A stretch of 64,000 nucleotides of DNA from a virus, in the IMG/VR virus record IMGVR_UViG_3300035208_005542. The stretch is one strand, 5' to 3'. Both the position numbers and the translations under genes were made by a program. Shown here piece after piece: positions 54,789-64,000 of the stretch (the stretch's first letter is position 1; the number at the start of each line of letters is the position of its first letter). The notes beneath the pieces were generated by a model. That model was given only the letters and a program-made list of their open reading frames with translations, did no database searches and was not told the origin of the DNA.

Positions 54789-56710
54789 GAATTATAAGCG
54801 TTACCGCAAAAAATTTCATGTCCTTTCGGGAACTTAATTATGAATTCCCGGAATCGGGATTGGTCTTTGTGGGCGGGGATGTGGTTGGGAGCCAAACATC
54901 GAATTCCAACGGGGCTGGGAAATCGACAATGTTCGAAGCCGTTTGTTGGGGAATATACGGGCGATCATTGCGAGACATTCCTGTTAGAGAAGTCGTCAAT
55001 TGGTCGGAGGGAAGGGGCTGTTTTGTCGAGATTGTGTTTTCTGATGATCAAGGAAAATTATATGTGGTACAGAGATATAGGGACGATAAACAGCATCAGA
55101 ATTCGTTATATCTTTTTTTGGAAGGGAATGACATAACGCTCCAGGACTCGAAGACCACCCAGGACTTGATAGAATCCAGGATTGGCATGACGTGGCCGGT
55201 ATTCTCTACTGCGGTCGTGTTCGGAGAACAGGCTACCCGTTTCACGCAGGCGCGGGATTCGGAGAAGAAGGCCATATTTGATGAGATTCTTATGCTTCAG
55301 AGGTTCCCCGCTGCGTTGAAATCTCTGCGGGAAGACATGAGAGGAGTGCAGGAAAAACAACGCGAAGCTAAATCTAGAATAAGTTACAGTGAAGAATCTT
55401 TCGAGTCTTTTGTCCGCGACTTTAATGAGGCCGAAAAAGGACTTAAGAAGTTGGAGGAAGAAGAAGCCAGGGCCAAGGATTTGCACGATACCGCAGATAA
55501 AGAGCTGACTTCGGTTAAGGCTGATTTGCTGTCTAAACAATCTGCCCATGATTCTCTTCTGAAAGTGCAGGAAGAATTGTCTCAGCGCGACACCGAACTG
55601 ATGGGTCTCATGATTGATGCGGAGAAGGAGAAGGCCTCATTTGTGGCGTCCTCCTCCGGCCCCCTGGTGGAGGCGCGGGTCAAAATGAATCAGGTCATTT
55701 CGAATATCGAAAAGATAAAAGACCGGATTAAATCTGTCGGCACCCTCAAGGGCAAAGAATCGTGTCCCACGTGCGGACAGAAAATAGAACAGGGATCAAT
55801 AGAGGGCGTGACTGCTCATTATAAAGAGGAAATGGGGGCCTTGGCCAAGGAGCGGTCAGAACTTGAGCAGACCGTTTTGTCGTTGACCAAGGAAGAGGCG
55901 TCGAATAGAAGCAAACACGATAAGGCTATTAATGAGTTGATCGTCTTGAAATCCACGACAGATCGGGAACTGCGTGAGACCAAGACGGCCATTATATCTT
56001 CTGATTCTGATATAAAAAGATGGGAATCAAAAATCAAGATATTGGAATCAGGTATGGAAAATCTTCTGTCGACTATAGAGGACAGAAAATCGTTATTGCA
56101 ACAGCAGTTGGCGATATACACCAAGAAAATGGAAGAACACGAAAAGGCGTATACTGATCTTCAACGGGACCTGGAATCTGCTGTTCAGGAAGAGAAGTAT
56201 TACAAGTTTTGGGAAGAGGGTTTCGGCAATAGTGGCGTCAAATCGTTTCTATTGGACGAGATACTGCCAAGCCTGAACGATAGGATAAGTTATTACGCAT
56301 CTGCTCTTATCGGGGAACAAAGAAAAATCGTGTTCGATACTGAAAGTCAATTACGATCAGGGGCCTCGCGGGATAAGTTCGATGTGGGAATTTATCAAGG
56401 AGAACGCAAGATTGAATACGGGGCTTGTTCTGGGGGGGAAAAGAGGAGGGTCGATGTCGCCATTCTTCTTGCGTTGCAGAGTTTAGTGTTCGAGCGGAAT
56501 GCCGGTAAGTGCAATCTGATGGTTTTGGACGAGGTGTTCGATAGTTTGGACCGGACGGGGATCGAGAAGGCGGTTGGGTTGTTGTCTGAAGAATCGAAAG
56601 ACAAGGCCATTTATGTTATCAGTCACGTTAACGAATTCCGTGATTATTTTGAAAAAGAATTGATAATCAGGAATGAAGGCGGGGTTAGCAGCATTGTGAT
56701 GGGCGGATAA
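54785..56710 (+). CDS. Rad50/SbcC-like ATPase (gp46-like)
   Basis: KNFMSF, NGAGKS, CPTCGQ zinc hook, SGGE, LDEVFD, ISH. Confidence 0.93.
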   Translation: MRIISVTAKNFMSFRELNYEFPESGLVFVGGDVVGSQTSNSNGAGKSTMFEAVCWGIYGRSLRDIPVREVVNWSEGRGCFVEIVFSDDQGKLYVVQRYRDDKQHQNSLYLFLEGNDITLQDSKTTQDLIESRIGMTWPVFSTAVVFGEQATRFTQARDSEKKAIFDEILMLQRFPAALKSLREDMRGVQEKQREAKSRISYSEESFESFVRDFNEAEKGLKKLEEEEARAKDLHDTADKELTSVKADLLSKQSAHDSLLKVQEELSQRDTELMGLMIDAEKEKASFVASSSGPLVEARVKMNQVISNIEKIKDRIKSVGTLKGKESCPTCGQKIEQGSIEGVTAHYKEEMGALAKERSELEQTVLSLTKEEASNRSKHDKAINELIVLKSTTDRELRETKTAIISSDSDIKRWESKIKILESGMENLLSTIEDRKSLLQQQLAIYTKKMEEHEKAYTDLQRDLESAVQEEKYYKFWEEGFGNSGVKSFLLDEILPSLNDRISYYASALIGEQRKIVFDTESQLRSGASRDKFDVGIYQGERKIEYGACSGGEKRRVDVAILLALQSLVFERNAGKCNLMVLDEVFDSLDRTGIEKAVGLLSEESKDKAIYVISHVNEFRDYFEKELIIRNEGGVSSIVMGG

Positions 56711-56724
56711 GCGGTGAGGTGCGG

Positions 56725-57318
56725 ATGAACAATAAGAGAAAGGGCAGTAATTTCGAGCGAGAAGTGGGAAAAATTTTAACGACTGCATATTACCCAGAAG
56801 GGGATGGAATGTTTCAGAGGATTTACAGCCACCCGATTCCTGCCAAGGGCGAGGTCATGGGGGATTTGAAGGCGATGAAATATATGCTTACTGATCCTGA
56901 AACGGGAGACAAATCTTTGGTCTTGGATAATTCTTGGCCATTCAATGTCGAATGCAAAAATTATATAGATATAAAACCGTTCTATTCTGGGCTATACGGA
57001 AAGGAAACAGAGCTGTTCGAATGGTTGGAGCAAGCCAGAGAGGTGTCAAAAAAAGAGAATAAGAAACCTCTTGTTGTTTTTAAACTCTTTAGGTCTTATA
57101 CTATATGCGTGATGGACAGTTTAGATTTTGAAGAATTGCTAGTCGCTTTTGGGTCTTGTCCCAAGAAGACATATAGACTGTCCTCTCAAGATCGGGATAA
57201 AAAGAGAACGATTTATCTGATCCTGCTGTCCGACTTGCTGGAATGGATCGATATTGGATATTATAAAAATAGAAGATACATACGCAGCTTGGTGCAGAAG
57301 ATGGCGCGGGAGGCTTAG
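56725..57318 (+). CDS. Holliday junction resolvase-like PD-(D/E)XK nuclease
   Basis: KRKGSNFERE...GD...VECK...W.EQA. Confidence 0.8.
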   Translation: MNNKRKGSNFEREVGKILTTAYYPEGDGMFQRIYSHPIPAKGEVMGDLKAMKYMLTDPETGDKSLVLDNSWPFNVECKNYIDIKPFYSGLYGKETELFEWLEQAREVSKKENKKPLVVFKLFRSYTICVMDSLDFEELLVAFGSCPKKTYRLSSQDRDKKRTIYLILLSDLLEWIDIGYYKNRRYIRSLVQKMAREA

Positions 57319-57663
57319 ATGCGAGTTTATGTTGCCGGTCCTTTAAACCCAACGAAGTGTGAAGATCGAGCCAGTGAATATTTGGATAATGTCAGGAACA
57401 TGATTGATGCGTCTATTAAGCTTCTTCGTGCCGGTCATTCTCCTTATTGTCCGGCCTTGGTTTATCAGTATTTGGTGACGGAACCTGTTCCGATTTCAAT
57501 GATCATAAAATCTAATTTTGATTTCTTGGATTGCTGCGATGCCATACTTTTGACCGGAGATTGGGAGAACAGCGTTGGATCGGTCAAGGAATCTCAAAGG
57601 GCGATAGAATTGGGGATTCCGATATATACACGCATAAATGACCTTTTAGGGGAGAAGCGATGA
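57319..57663 (+). CDS. DUF4406/DUF1937-like (nucleoside deoxyribosyltransferase fold)
   Basis: VYVAGP...CDAILL..DWENS.G...E...A...GIP. Confidence 0.8.
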   Translation: MRVYVAGPLNPTKCEDRASEYLDNVRNMIDASIKLLRAGHSPYCPALVYQYLVTEPVPISMIIKSNFDFLDCCDAILLTGDWENSVGSVKESQRAIELGIPIYTRINDLLGEKR

Positions 57664-57869
57664 TAGATGTGAATTTGGCGGTAAAAAAGATGGAATCGTT
57701 CCTCGCAGATAATCCCGGCAGAGCCATCGCTAATGGCGACGGGAATCTTAGCAGATCTGAATTAAAACTGTTGGTACGAAGGGGATATCTTGAAGCCGCC
57801 AAAACCAGAGAACAGAGATGGCGGAACGGGGGAGTGACCGAATCTTATGTGTACAGGAGGATCCGCTGA
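57660..57869 (+). CDS. Hypothetical protein
   Basis: 69 aa; GGAG RBS. Confidence 0.55.
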   Translation: MIDVNLAVKKMESFLADNPGRAIANGDGNLSRSELKLLVRRGYLEAAKTREQRWRNGGVTESYVYRRIR

Positions 57870-58231
57870 TGAATCGTGTTCCGAAAAGCAGGGTTATTAA
57901 ACTGACGAAAATCGATTCTATTGTTATCGGGTTAGTGAGCTATGTGGTTCTCTCTATAGACGCCAAGAATCTTCTTACGAAAGAAAAAAGAATAACTCCG
58001 GTAATAGATTTTAAGATCATGACCGAGGTTGCGCTTATTAGGAACCTTTTATTCGTTTTGTTGGAAGTGACGGAAGAAGAATTTAAAGCAAGAATAGATG
58101 AAGTGAAAAAATCTCCTGAACACGAAAAGCGTGTGGCGATGTTCGCAGATGATCTTGCTCCCAAGAAATCGGTTCTGGTGACCCCAGAGGAGTTCGCGGA
58201 GCAGAAAAAACAGGCTAGGATGTTTGAATGA
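57869..58231 (+). CDS. Hypothetical protein
   Basis: AGGAGG RBS before ATG 57869. Confidence 0.6.
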   Translation: MNRVPKSRVIKLTKIDSIVIGLVSYVVLSIDAKNLLTKEKRITPVIDFKIMTEVALIRNLLFVLLEVTEEEFKARIDEVKKSPEHEKRVAMFADDLAPKKSVLVTPEEFAEQKKQARMFE

Positions 58232-59103
58232 CGATTGATGAAATTTTCCCCGATGGAAGATGGGCAACAGAAGATGAATATCTGATGCAGTGTCCCTTCT
58301 GTGGGGACGGGGGGCATAATCATATGTATGTCAACCCCAAGAAGGGCCTGTTTCATTGCTATTTCTGTGGCGAATCTGGTCATTTGTCTTTCCTCCTTAA
58401 AAAATTTGGGGATGGGAAACTAATCAGTACTTTTGATGTCCGCAGAACTGAAGAGAAGATAGTCCCAAAAACAGATTTTGAATCCTTTTTGTGCATGACT
58501 GATTTTCAGAGATTTGACCCGGAGACAGCGTTGCCCATCAACTATTTGGAGCGACGCGGTATTAGTCTGAGGGAAGCGCAGTTATATCAGATAAGATTTG
58601 CGATATCCGGCAGATACAAACATCGAGTCATTATTCCTATTTTTGAACGGGAGGCCAGGGAGGTTGTGTGCTTTTCTGCCAGGACATATATGGATGAAAA
58701 GCCAAAGTATCTGTTTCCCCATGCAGGAGAGACGCTGATCACAACATCAGAGGCTCTTTACGGATCCCATTGGGCATCCGGATACCGCAAGATAGTTTTG
58801 GTCGAGGGGGCTTTTGACGCCTTGGCCATAAACAGAAAATTAGGAACAGATTTCTGCGGCATATCTTTTCTGTCCAAGCACATGTGTACGGGACAGCTTT
58901 TTAAACTTTTGAAGTTCCCAATAGAAACGGAATTTTTTGTGATGATGGATGCAGATGCGCACAAAGAGACATCTAAGATAGCGGCCGAAATATATAAACT
59001 TGGACGGAACGTCAAATCGGCGTTTCTTGTGTCCGGAGATCCGGATACTGCTAGTCCTGAAGAAATAATATCAGCAATAGAAAGAGCGGAGAAGCCCCTA
59101 TGA
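58228..59103 (+). CDS. DNA primase (zinc finger plus TOPRIM)
   Basis: CPFC...FHCYFC, YLERRGI, RVIIPI, PKY, VEGAFDA, DAD. Confidence 0.92.
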   Translation: MTIDEIFPDGRWATEDEYLMQCPFCGDGGHNHMYVNPKKGLFHCYFCGESGHLSFLLKKFGDGKLISTFDVRRTEEKIVPKTDFESFLCMTDFQRFDPETALPINYLERRGISLREAQLYQIRFAISGRYKHRVIIPIFEREAREVVCFSARTYMDEKPKYLFPHAGETLITTSEALYGSHWASGYRKIVLVEGAFDALAINRKLGTDFCGISFLSKHMCTGQLFKLLKFPIETEFFVMMDADAHKETSKIAAEIYKLGRNVKSAFLVSGDPDTASPEEIISAIERAEKPL

Positions 59104-59137
59104 GAGAAAATATTCATACTGTTACTGTGAGGGGCAG

Positions 59138-59797
59138 ATGTACGACAGGAAAAAAATCGAAAAACTATTTTGTCAATATGCTAGGGGCGGAAGGAAAAAA
59201 GATTTATCCCAGTTAATAATCGAATGCGGGAAGTTGGTTGCGAAGGTCGTCACCAGATACCCGGATTATCAGACATATTCTGACGATATTTGCCAGGAAG
59301 TCATGCTTCGTCTTTGGAAAAACTTTCGTCAGAGAAGCGTTATCAAGAAGTGGGCCAAGAACCCCTATATTTACATTGTGCTGAAAATGCGGAGCCATCT
59401 GCATAATGTTCTTAATCGTTGCGCCAGGGAATATGGGATTTCCATGGCCATTTCTGAAACAGAATGCGAGATTCTGGATATGAGGGAAGACGGTTTGGAA
59501 TACGAGGAGATAGGGAGAAGGCTGGGGCTGAGGGCCAATTCAGTTCGTTCTTATTGCTCTGTGGCCAAGAGCAAAGATGATTTCGTGATAGTTGATAATA
59601 ATGAGCAGATCTTGTCTGAGCAGATAATTGAAACGGATGATCCGGCTTATCAATATGAGCAGAAGGAACAATTCGAGATACAAGAAGAGCGGGCCAAAAA
59701 CTGCGCTCATCGGCATCCGAATTTAAGAAGCAAATCTGCTCAAAAAATATTTGAAAAACATGTGGAGAAAATACTTCGTGGAGGAATAGATGAGTGA
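59138..59797 (+). CDS. Sigma70-family RNA polymerase sigma factor
   Basis: Region-2-like DDICQEVMLRLW; region-4 HTH LEYEEIGRRLGLRANSVRS. Confidence 0.75.
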   Translation: MYDRKKIEKLFCQYARGGRKKDLSQLIIECGKLVAKVVTRYPDYQTYSDDICQEVMLRLWKNFRQRSVIKKWAKNPYIYIVLKMRSHLHNVLNRCAREYGISMAISETECEILDMREDGLEYEEIGRRLGLRANSVRSYCSVAKSKDDFVIVDNNEQILSEQIIETDDPAYQYEQKEQFEIQEERAKNCAHRHPNLRSKSAQKIFEKHVEKILRGGIDE

Positions 59798-60164
59798 GAA
59801 GGGCATAGTTCGAGCTGCTTTGGAATCATATTCTAGTGATTTCCCCGATTCCGTTATTGGTGATTTGATGATGCTGTTCCCGGATGATATTGTTTTGAAG
59901 ATCCTGACATGTTTTTCTGGGGAAGCTGTTTCTTTCCCCAAAGTGGACAAAATATGGAAGAGTTATAGAGATTCTGTCATTCATGAGACCTTGGGGGTGA
60001 GGAACACCCAGCAGCAACAACGGCAGTTGTCGGAATATTTTGGAATCCCGGTCTCGCGTGTCCTGGAGATATTCAGACGCGAAGAAACAAAGAGGGGAGT
60101 GAGGTCTAAGGATGCTATTGAAAGGGCGGCAAGAGTGGCCTGTCGTTCAGTTGGTCGAAAGTAA
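59790..60164 (+). CDS. Mor-like transcription activator
   Basis: FSGEAVSFP...RD..I...LSEYFGIPVSRVLEI. Confidence 0.65.
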   Translation: MSEKGIVRAALESYSSDFPDSVIGDLMMLFPDDIVLKILTCFSGEAVSFPKVDKIWKSYRDSVIHETLGVRNTQQQQRQLSEYFGIPVSRVLEIFRREETKRGVRSKDAIERAARVACRSVGRK

Positions 60165-60208
60165 TTAATTATTAGATGAGCGGTTATCTTATATCTTAAC
60201 GAGGTATC

Positions 60209-60676
60209 ATGGCTGATAATGAGTTTACGCAACTACAGAGGGCAGTATCAGAGGAAGAATCTGCAATAAAGGTCCTGAAGGGCGAGATCGTTGAGGCCGG
60301 GTTCAAGACCGTGGCCAGGGCTAAAGCTCGCCTGTTGAGCTATGAGCGTGTGGCGGCGAATTACAGTTCTTATATCGAGACCCAAGCGAGGAAGTTGGCG
60401 GATGGGGCGTTCGAAGGGTCTCCGTTCAGAGAGATTGGTGTTGCGCGGCTGATCGCCGGGTTCTTGGCAGAGAGTGAGCTATTCTTCAAGGAAGTAGAAC
60501 CGCTTTTGGGGAATTCTGAATCGGCTGTCCGCCAAGGATTTTTTGAACAAAGTTTTGAGGGTTTATCGAAAGAAGTTCAAGAACAGCTTTTAAATGAATT
60601 AGATGTAAAGAAACAGGAACTTCTGGTCTGGTTCGTTTCCAGGGTTCAGGAGGTCTTGGCAGAGCGGAAGGCATGA
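60209..60676 (+). CDS. Hypothetical helical protein (possible terminase small subunit)
   Basis: 155 aa; GAGG RBS; position upstream of terminase. Confidence 0.5.
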   Translation: MADNEFTQLQRAVSEEESAIKVLKGEIVEAGFKTVARAKARLLSYERVAANYSSYIETQARKLADGAFEGSPFREIGVARLIAGFLAESELFFKEVEPLLGNSESAVRQGFFEQSFEGLSKEVQEQLLNELDVKKQELLVWFVSRVQEVLAERKA

Positions 60677-60677
60677 A

Positions 60678-60920
60678 ATGTCTTTAGATAAAGCTATTAA
60701 ATTCGGGAAAGAGCGCAGGAAAAGATATTGGGGAGCCAAGGAATACGACGTTTCTTGCAGGAACGGCGGGGGATGCCCATGGTGTTACGGGGACAGAAAG
60801 GGACATAAGGAAAAGATACAGCAGATAAAAGAAGATGAACTTCTGGATGAGCTTCTGGATGAATTTTACGACGATGGGGATGAGGACGATTTATTGATGG
60901 ATTTTGATGATGAACTTTGA
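60678..60920 (+). CDS. Small conserved-looking protein with acidic tail
   Basis: MSLDKAI..GKE.RK.Y.G.K..D.SCRN.GGCPWC. Confidence 0.65.
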   Translation: MSLDKAIKFGKERRKRYWGAKEYDVSCRNGGGCPWCYGDRKGHKEKIQQIKEDELLDELLDEFYDDGDEDDLLMDFDDEL

Positions 60921-62874
60921 TTTTTCGGGGGCGGTAGAAAGATTGGACAGAGATGGGTTGTCTTTGGATTCTCTGGCCTCTGGTCTTAAAACCGTTTACC
61001 GATATGGTTCTCCTCCGGTCACGATTGAGCAATTCCTGTCGGACGATTATTATATGGGCAAGTCGGCAAAAAATCTGTATCCCGACAATCTTCCCGATCT
61101 TTTAGATGTTTTTCATCCTAAAAATAATTACATCGAAGTCATATTAACTGGCGGGGTTGGGATCGGGAAGTCGTATATGACGGCCTTGGCGATGTCGTAC
61201 ATTATCTACACGATGGGGTGCTATAGCGAACCGCATCGGTGGATAGGAGCGTCACCGTCTTCTCCCATTGTCCTGATAAATATGAGTATCAATGCGTTGA
61301 AGGCCCGTGAGGTCATCTTTAATCGAATAAAACTGATGGTTGATTCTTCTCCCTATTTCAAGGAAAAATTCCTGCGGGATATGCGACTGATGGACTCATT
61401 GGTTTGGCATACGTCAATGGATAAGGCCGATGTCAAGAACAGAACTGGGGCGCAGATAATGCTTAAGCCCGGAACTGGTGATAGTCTGTCTGCCCTTGGA
61501 GACGACATCTATGCCGGTATAGGGGATGAACTTAACTTTTTCCGGGTGATTGAAAAATCTAAGAGATCTTATGGCGAATCTTTTGACCCCGCGCAAAGGC
61601 TTTATGATGTCGTTAGTCGGCGCATGAAGAGCCGTTTCACGTCCGGGGGCTTGCCCCTGGGGAAGTTCTTTCTGTTGTCATCGGCTCAGTATCCCGACGA
61701 CTTCATTGAGCGTCGTATAATTGAAGCGGAAACAGATGGATCTCTGGGAAAGACTGTTAAGGTTATCCGTAAATCGCTATGGGAGGCCAAGCGGGGGGTT
61801 TTCCTGGGAGGGAAGGCGGTATATGGTTCGAAGACGTTCCGGGTGGAAACCGGCAGTTCTCGTCGCGGATCCCGATTATTGGACACCTACAACGACAGGA
61901 CAGGGACTGTTGAGGATCGAGGTCTGACGGATATCGAGGGGGAGGTCATATATCCTCCGGTGGAATTATATCCTGATTTTTTTAGAGACATTGAAGGATC
62001 GGTGCGCGATTTCGGGGGGAAGGTCACACGGGCCATTTCTCCGTTCTTCCAGGATACGGAAGTTATTTATAAAGCGAAGGATGACCTTTTGGTTCATCCT
62101 TGGTCGGTGGAAGAAACGACCCTCCAGGACGGATCCGATCTTCTTTACGATGCTCTTTTCGCCTATGACGAAAAAGAAAAAAGGTATAGGCTGAAAAAGA
62201 GTCCAGAAAAACTCAGATATGCGCACGTGGATCTTGCGGAGTCCGGGGATTCCGCCGGAGTGTCTATCGTGCATTTGTGCGGATGGAAATCTGTAATGAG
62301 GAACGGAGTTGAATACCAAGAACCTGTTTTCGAAGTAGACATGACGCTGAGGGTCAATCCTCCGCACGGTGGGGAAATTCAGTTCAGCTCGATTCGTGCT
62401 ATTTTTTATCGACTAAGAGATTACGGGATGGCTTTTGGGCTGATCACGTATGACTCTTTCCAGAGTACGGATTCTGTGCAAGAACTCAGCAAGCGGGGAT
62501 TCTATGTCGACAAACTGTCGGTAGACCGCGACATGGGGCCGTACAGCAGGCTCAGGGATAGTTTCTATGATGGGCGGATCAGGATTTATTTCTACAGTAA
62601 GCTTTTTCAGGAATTGCAACAGTTGGAAAAGCGTGGAGAAAAGGTTGATCACCCGGCAGCGGGTTCGAAAGACGTTTCAGATTCATTGGCCGGTGCCGTT
62701 TGGAACTGCTACTTGGATTCCGCCACGTTGTCGGAATCTGAGTTGCACGGGATGCTTCCGCAGGGAAGTGGGCATATGAGTCCTATGAGCAAGAAACAGT
62801 CAACGATCGATATGGTTAGGAACGCAGAAGAGGAAATGAGGGATTTTATGGGCGGTAATAGAAAGATTCGGTAG
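60907..62874 (+). CDS. Terminase large subunit
   Basis: GGVGIGKS Walker A, GDELNF Walker B; nuclease HVDLA, YDSFQS, DHP..GSKDVSDSLAG. Confidence 0.92.
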   Translation: MMNFDFSGAVERLDRDGLSLDSLASGLKTVYRYGSPPVTIEQFLSDDYYMGKSAKNLYPDNLPDLLDVFHPKNNYIEVILTGGVGIGKSYMTALAMSYIIYTMGCYSEPHRWIGASPSSPIVLINMSINALKAREVIFNRIKLMVDSSPYFKEKFLRDMRLMDSLVWHTSMDKADVKNRTGAQIMLKPGTGDSLSALGDDIYAGIGDELNFFRVIEKSKRSYGESFDPAQRLYDVVSRRMKSRFTSGGLPLGKFFLLSSAQYPDDFIERRIIEAETDGSLGKTVKVIRKSLWEAKRGVFLGGKAVYGSKTFRVETGSSRRGSRLLDTYNDRTGTVEDRGLTDIEGEVIYPPVELYPDFFRDIEGSVRDFGGKVTRAISPFFQDTEVIYKAKDDLLVHPWSVEETTLQDGSDLLYDALFAYDEKEKRYRLKKSPEKLRYAHVDLAESGDSAGVSIVHLCGWKSVMRNGVEYQEPVFEVDMTLRVNPPHGGEIQFSSIRAIFYRLRDYGMAFGLITYDSFQSTDSVQELSKRGFYVDKLSVDRDMGPYSRLRDSFYDGRIRIYFYSKLFQELQQLEKRGEKVDHPAAGSKDVSDSLAGAVWNCYLDSATLSESELHGMLPQGSGHMSPMSKKQSTIDMVRNAEEEMRDFMGGNRKIR

Positions 62875-62919
62875 GTTCTGCGGAACAGACCCCGACAGAG
62901 CAGTAGAGCGGAGGAAAAA

Positions 62920-64000
62920 ATGGAAAATAACTTTATACAATTAGTCCGAAAGATGATGACGAAGTTCATCGGCGGAGAACAATCGGGGGATAAGCTGTCG
63001 ACGGAGGTTCGGCCCGAAGATTATAGCACCGGGTTCTCTTCTGTTTTTAAGGCGTGGCGCGATTCTGTCAAGGACATCTTGACAACAGATGCGACCCGTT
63101 CTGATAAATATGATCAATATCTATATTTGGATCGGAACTTGGCGGAGGCTACGGCCTCTCTAAACATCTACGCTGACAACGTGGTTTCGGGAACCGTGGA
63201 CGGGGATGATAGCTATTACGTATATGTCGATGAGGAAAACCAAGACATCGCAGAGTTGGAAAAAATCATCGAGGACGTTGAAGCTAAAACTAAAATAAAA
63301 GACCAGATCTGGGATATTTCACGCGATCTTATCAGGGACGGGGATGTTTTCAGAGAAGTGGTAATCGAAAAAGAAGATGGTCAATTATCGATATCCAAAC
63401 TCAAATCCCTTCCGACAAAAGAAATTAAAGCAAACGTTGATGACCGCGGGGCATTCAAGGACGAAAAAATACCTTATTTCCAAGTGACGGATGATTCAAA
63501 AGACCCCATACAATTTGATTGGTGGAGGATAATTCATTTCAAGATCGGTTCCGATGTCTACGGCGTTGATCGGAGTCTGTTCGCCAATTCTTCCCTTCGG
63601 ATCGGTCGGCAATTGATATGGGTCAATGAATGCTTGGTTCTTGCCAGGTTAAGCAGAGCTTGGCAACGGAATGCGTACATGATTGACGTTGGAAAACTGA
63701 GCGGTCAGGACGCATTCGACCATGTTCGTAAATTCATGAACAACATGAAGACCAAAAAAGTCATCGCCAATTCTACGACCGGCAGGACTTCTATTATCGA
63801 TAATCCCCCATTGCCCGATGAAGATATCGGGATTCCGGTTGGTGAGAATTCGAAGGCCGATGTCAAGACCATTTCCGGGGACACTAACATCGGGAATATT
63901 GATGATGTCAAATATCTGCAGAACGGCTTTCTGATCGCCACCACGACCCCCAAAGCTTATATTAGCCTGGAAGAGGGCGTGAACGGGAAGGCGACCTTGG
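62920..64000 (+). CDS. Portal protein, T4 gp20-like (truncated by window end; absent from ORF track)
   Basis: Manual translation MENNFIQL...RSDKYDQY...ASLNIYAD...IIHFK...RLSRAWQRNAYMIDVGKL...EDIGIPV; GGAGG RBS; follows terminase. Confidence 0.88.
   Translation, partial: MENNFIQLVRKMMTKFIGGEQSGDKLSTEVRPEDYSTGFSSVFKAWRDSVKDILTTDATRSDKYDQYLYLDRNLAEATASLNIYADNVVSGTVDGDDSYYVYVDEENQDIAELEKIIEDVEAKTKIKDQIWDISRDLIRDGDVFREVVIEKEDGQLSISKLKSLPTKEIKANVDDRGAFKDEKIPYFQVTDDSKDPIQFDWWRIIHFKIGSDVYGVDRSLFANSSLRIGRQLIWVNECLVLARLSRAWQRNAYMIDVGKLSGQDAFDHVRKFMNNMKTKKVIANSTTGRTSIIDNPPLPDEDIGIPVGENSKADVKTISGDTNIGNIDDVKYLQNGFLIATTTPKAYISLEEGVNGKATL

Overview
This window is most of the genome of a tailed dsDNA phage (Caudoviricetes), with every credible gene on the + strand. 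Gene order: end of a scaffold-like gene and a T4 gp23-like major capsid protein (1-1.7 kb); a glycan-modification cluster (two glycosyltransferases, a kinase-methyltransferase, a methyltransferase, DUF2284, a nucleotidyltransferase; 1.8-9.3 kb); large virion, neck and tail genes for a non-contractile tail, including a -1 frameshifted chaperone and a 1500-aa tape measure (9.3-25.9 kb); tail-tip and fibre genes (23.3-30.3 kb); two small-gene early cassettes behind a duplicated promoter (30.3-35.7 kb); a T4-like replication/recombination set (UvsW, DnaB, gp32, RecA/UvsX, UvsY, gp46/47, primase) using a DnaE polymerase fused to a family-4 uracil-DNA glycosylase, plus RtcB (35.8-59.1 kb); a sigma factor, a Mor-like activator, terminase and the start of a gp20-like portal (59.1-64 kb). 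The most striking feature is a radical SAM/SPASM maturase inside the tail module. It follows a free 30-Cys CxxC-repeat peptide, and a second 30-Cys domain of the same type is fused to the C-terminus of the tail-tip protein, suggesting RiPP-style modification of the virion. I saw no integrase, CRISPR array, reverse transcriptase, canonical tRNA or clear endolysin. All product calls come from motif recognition by eye, not database searches.
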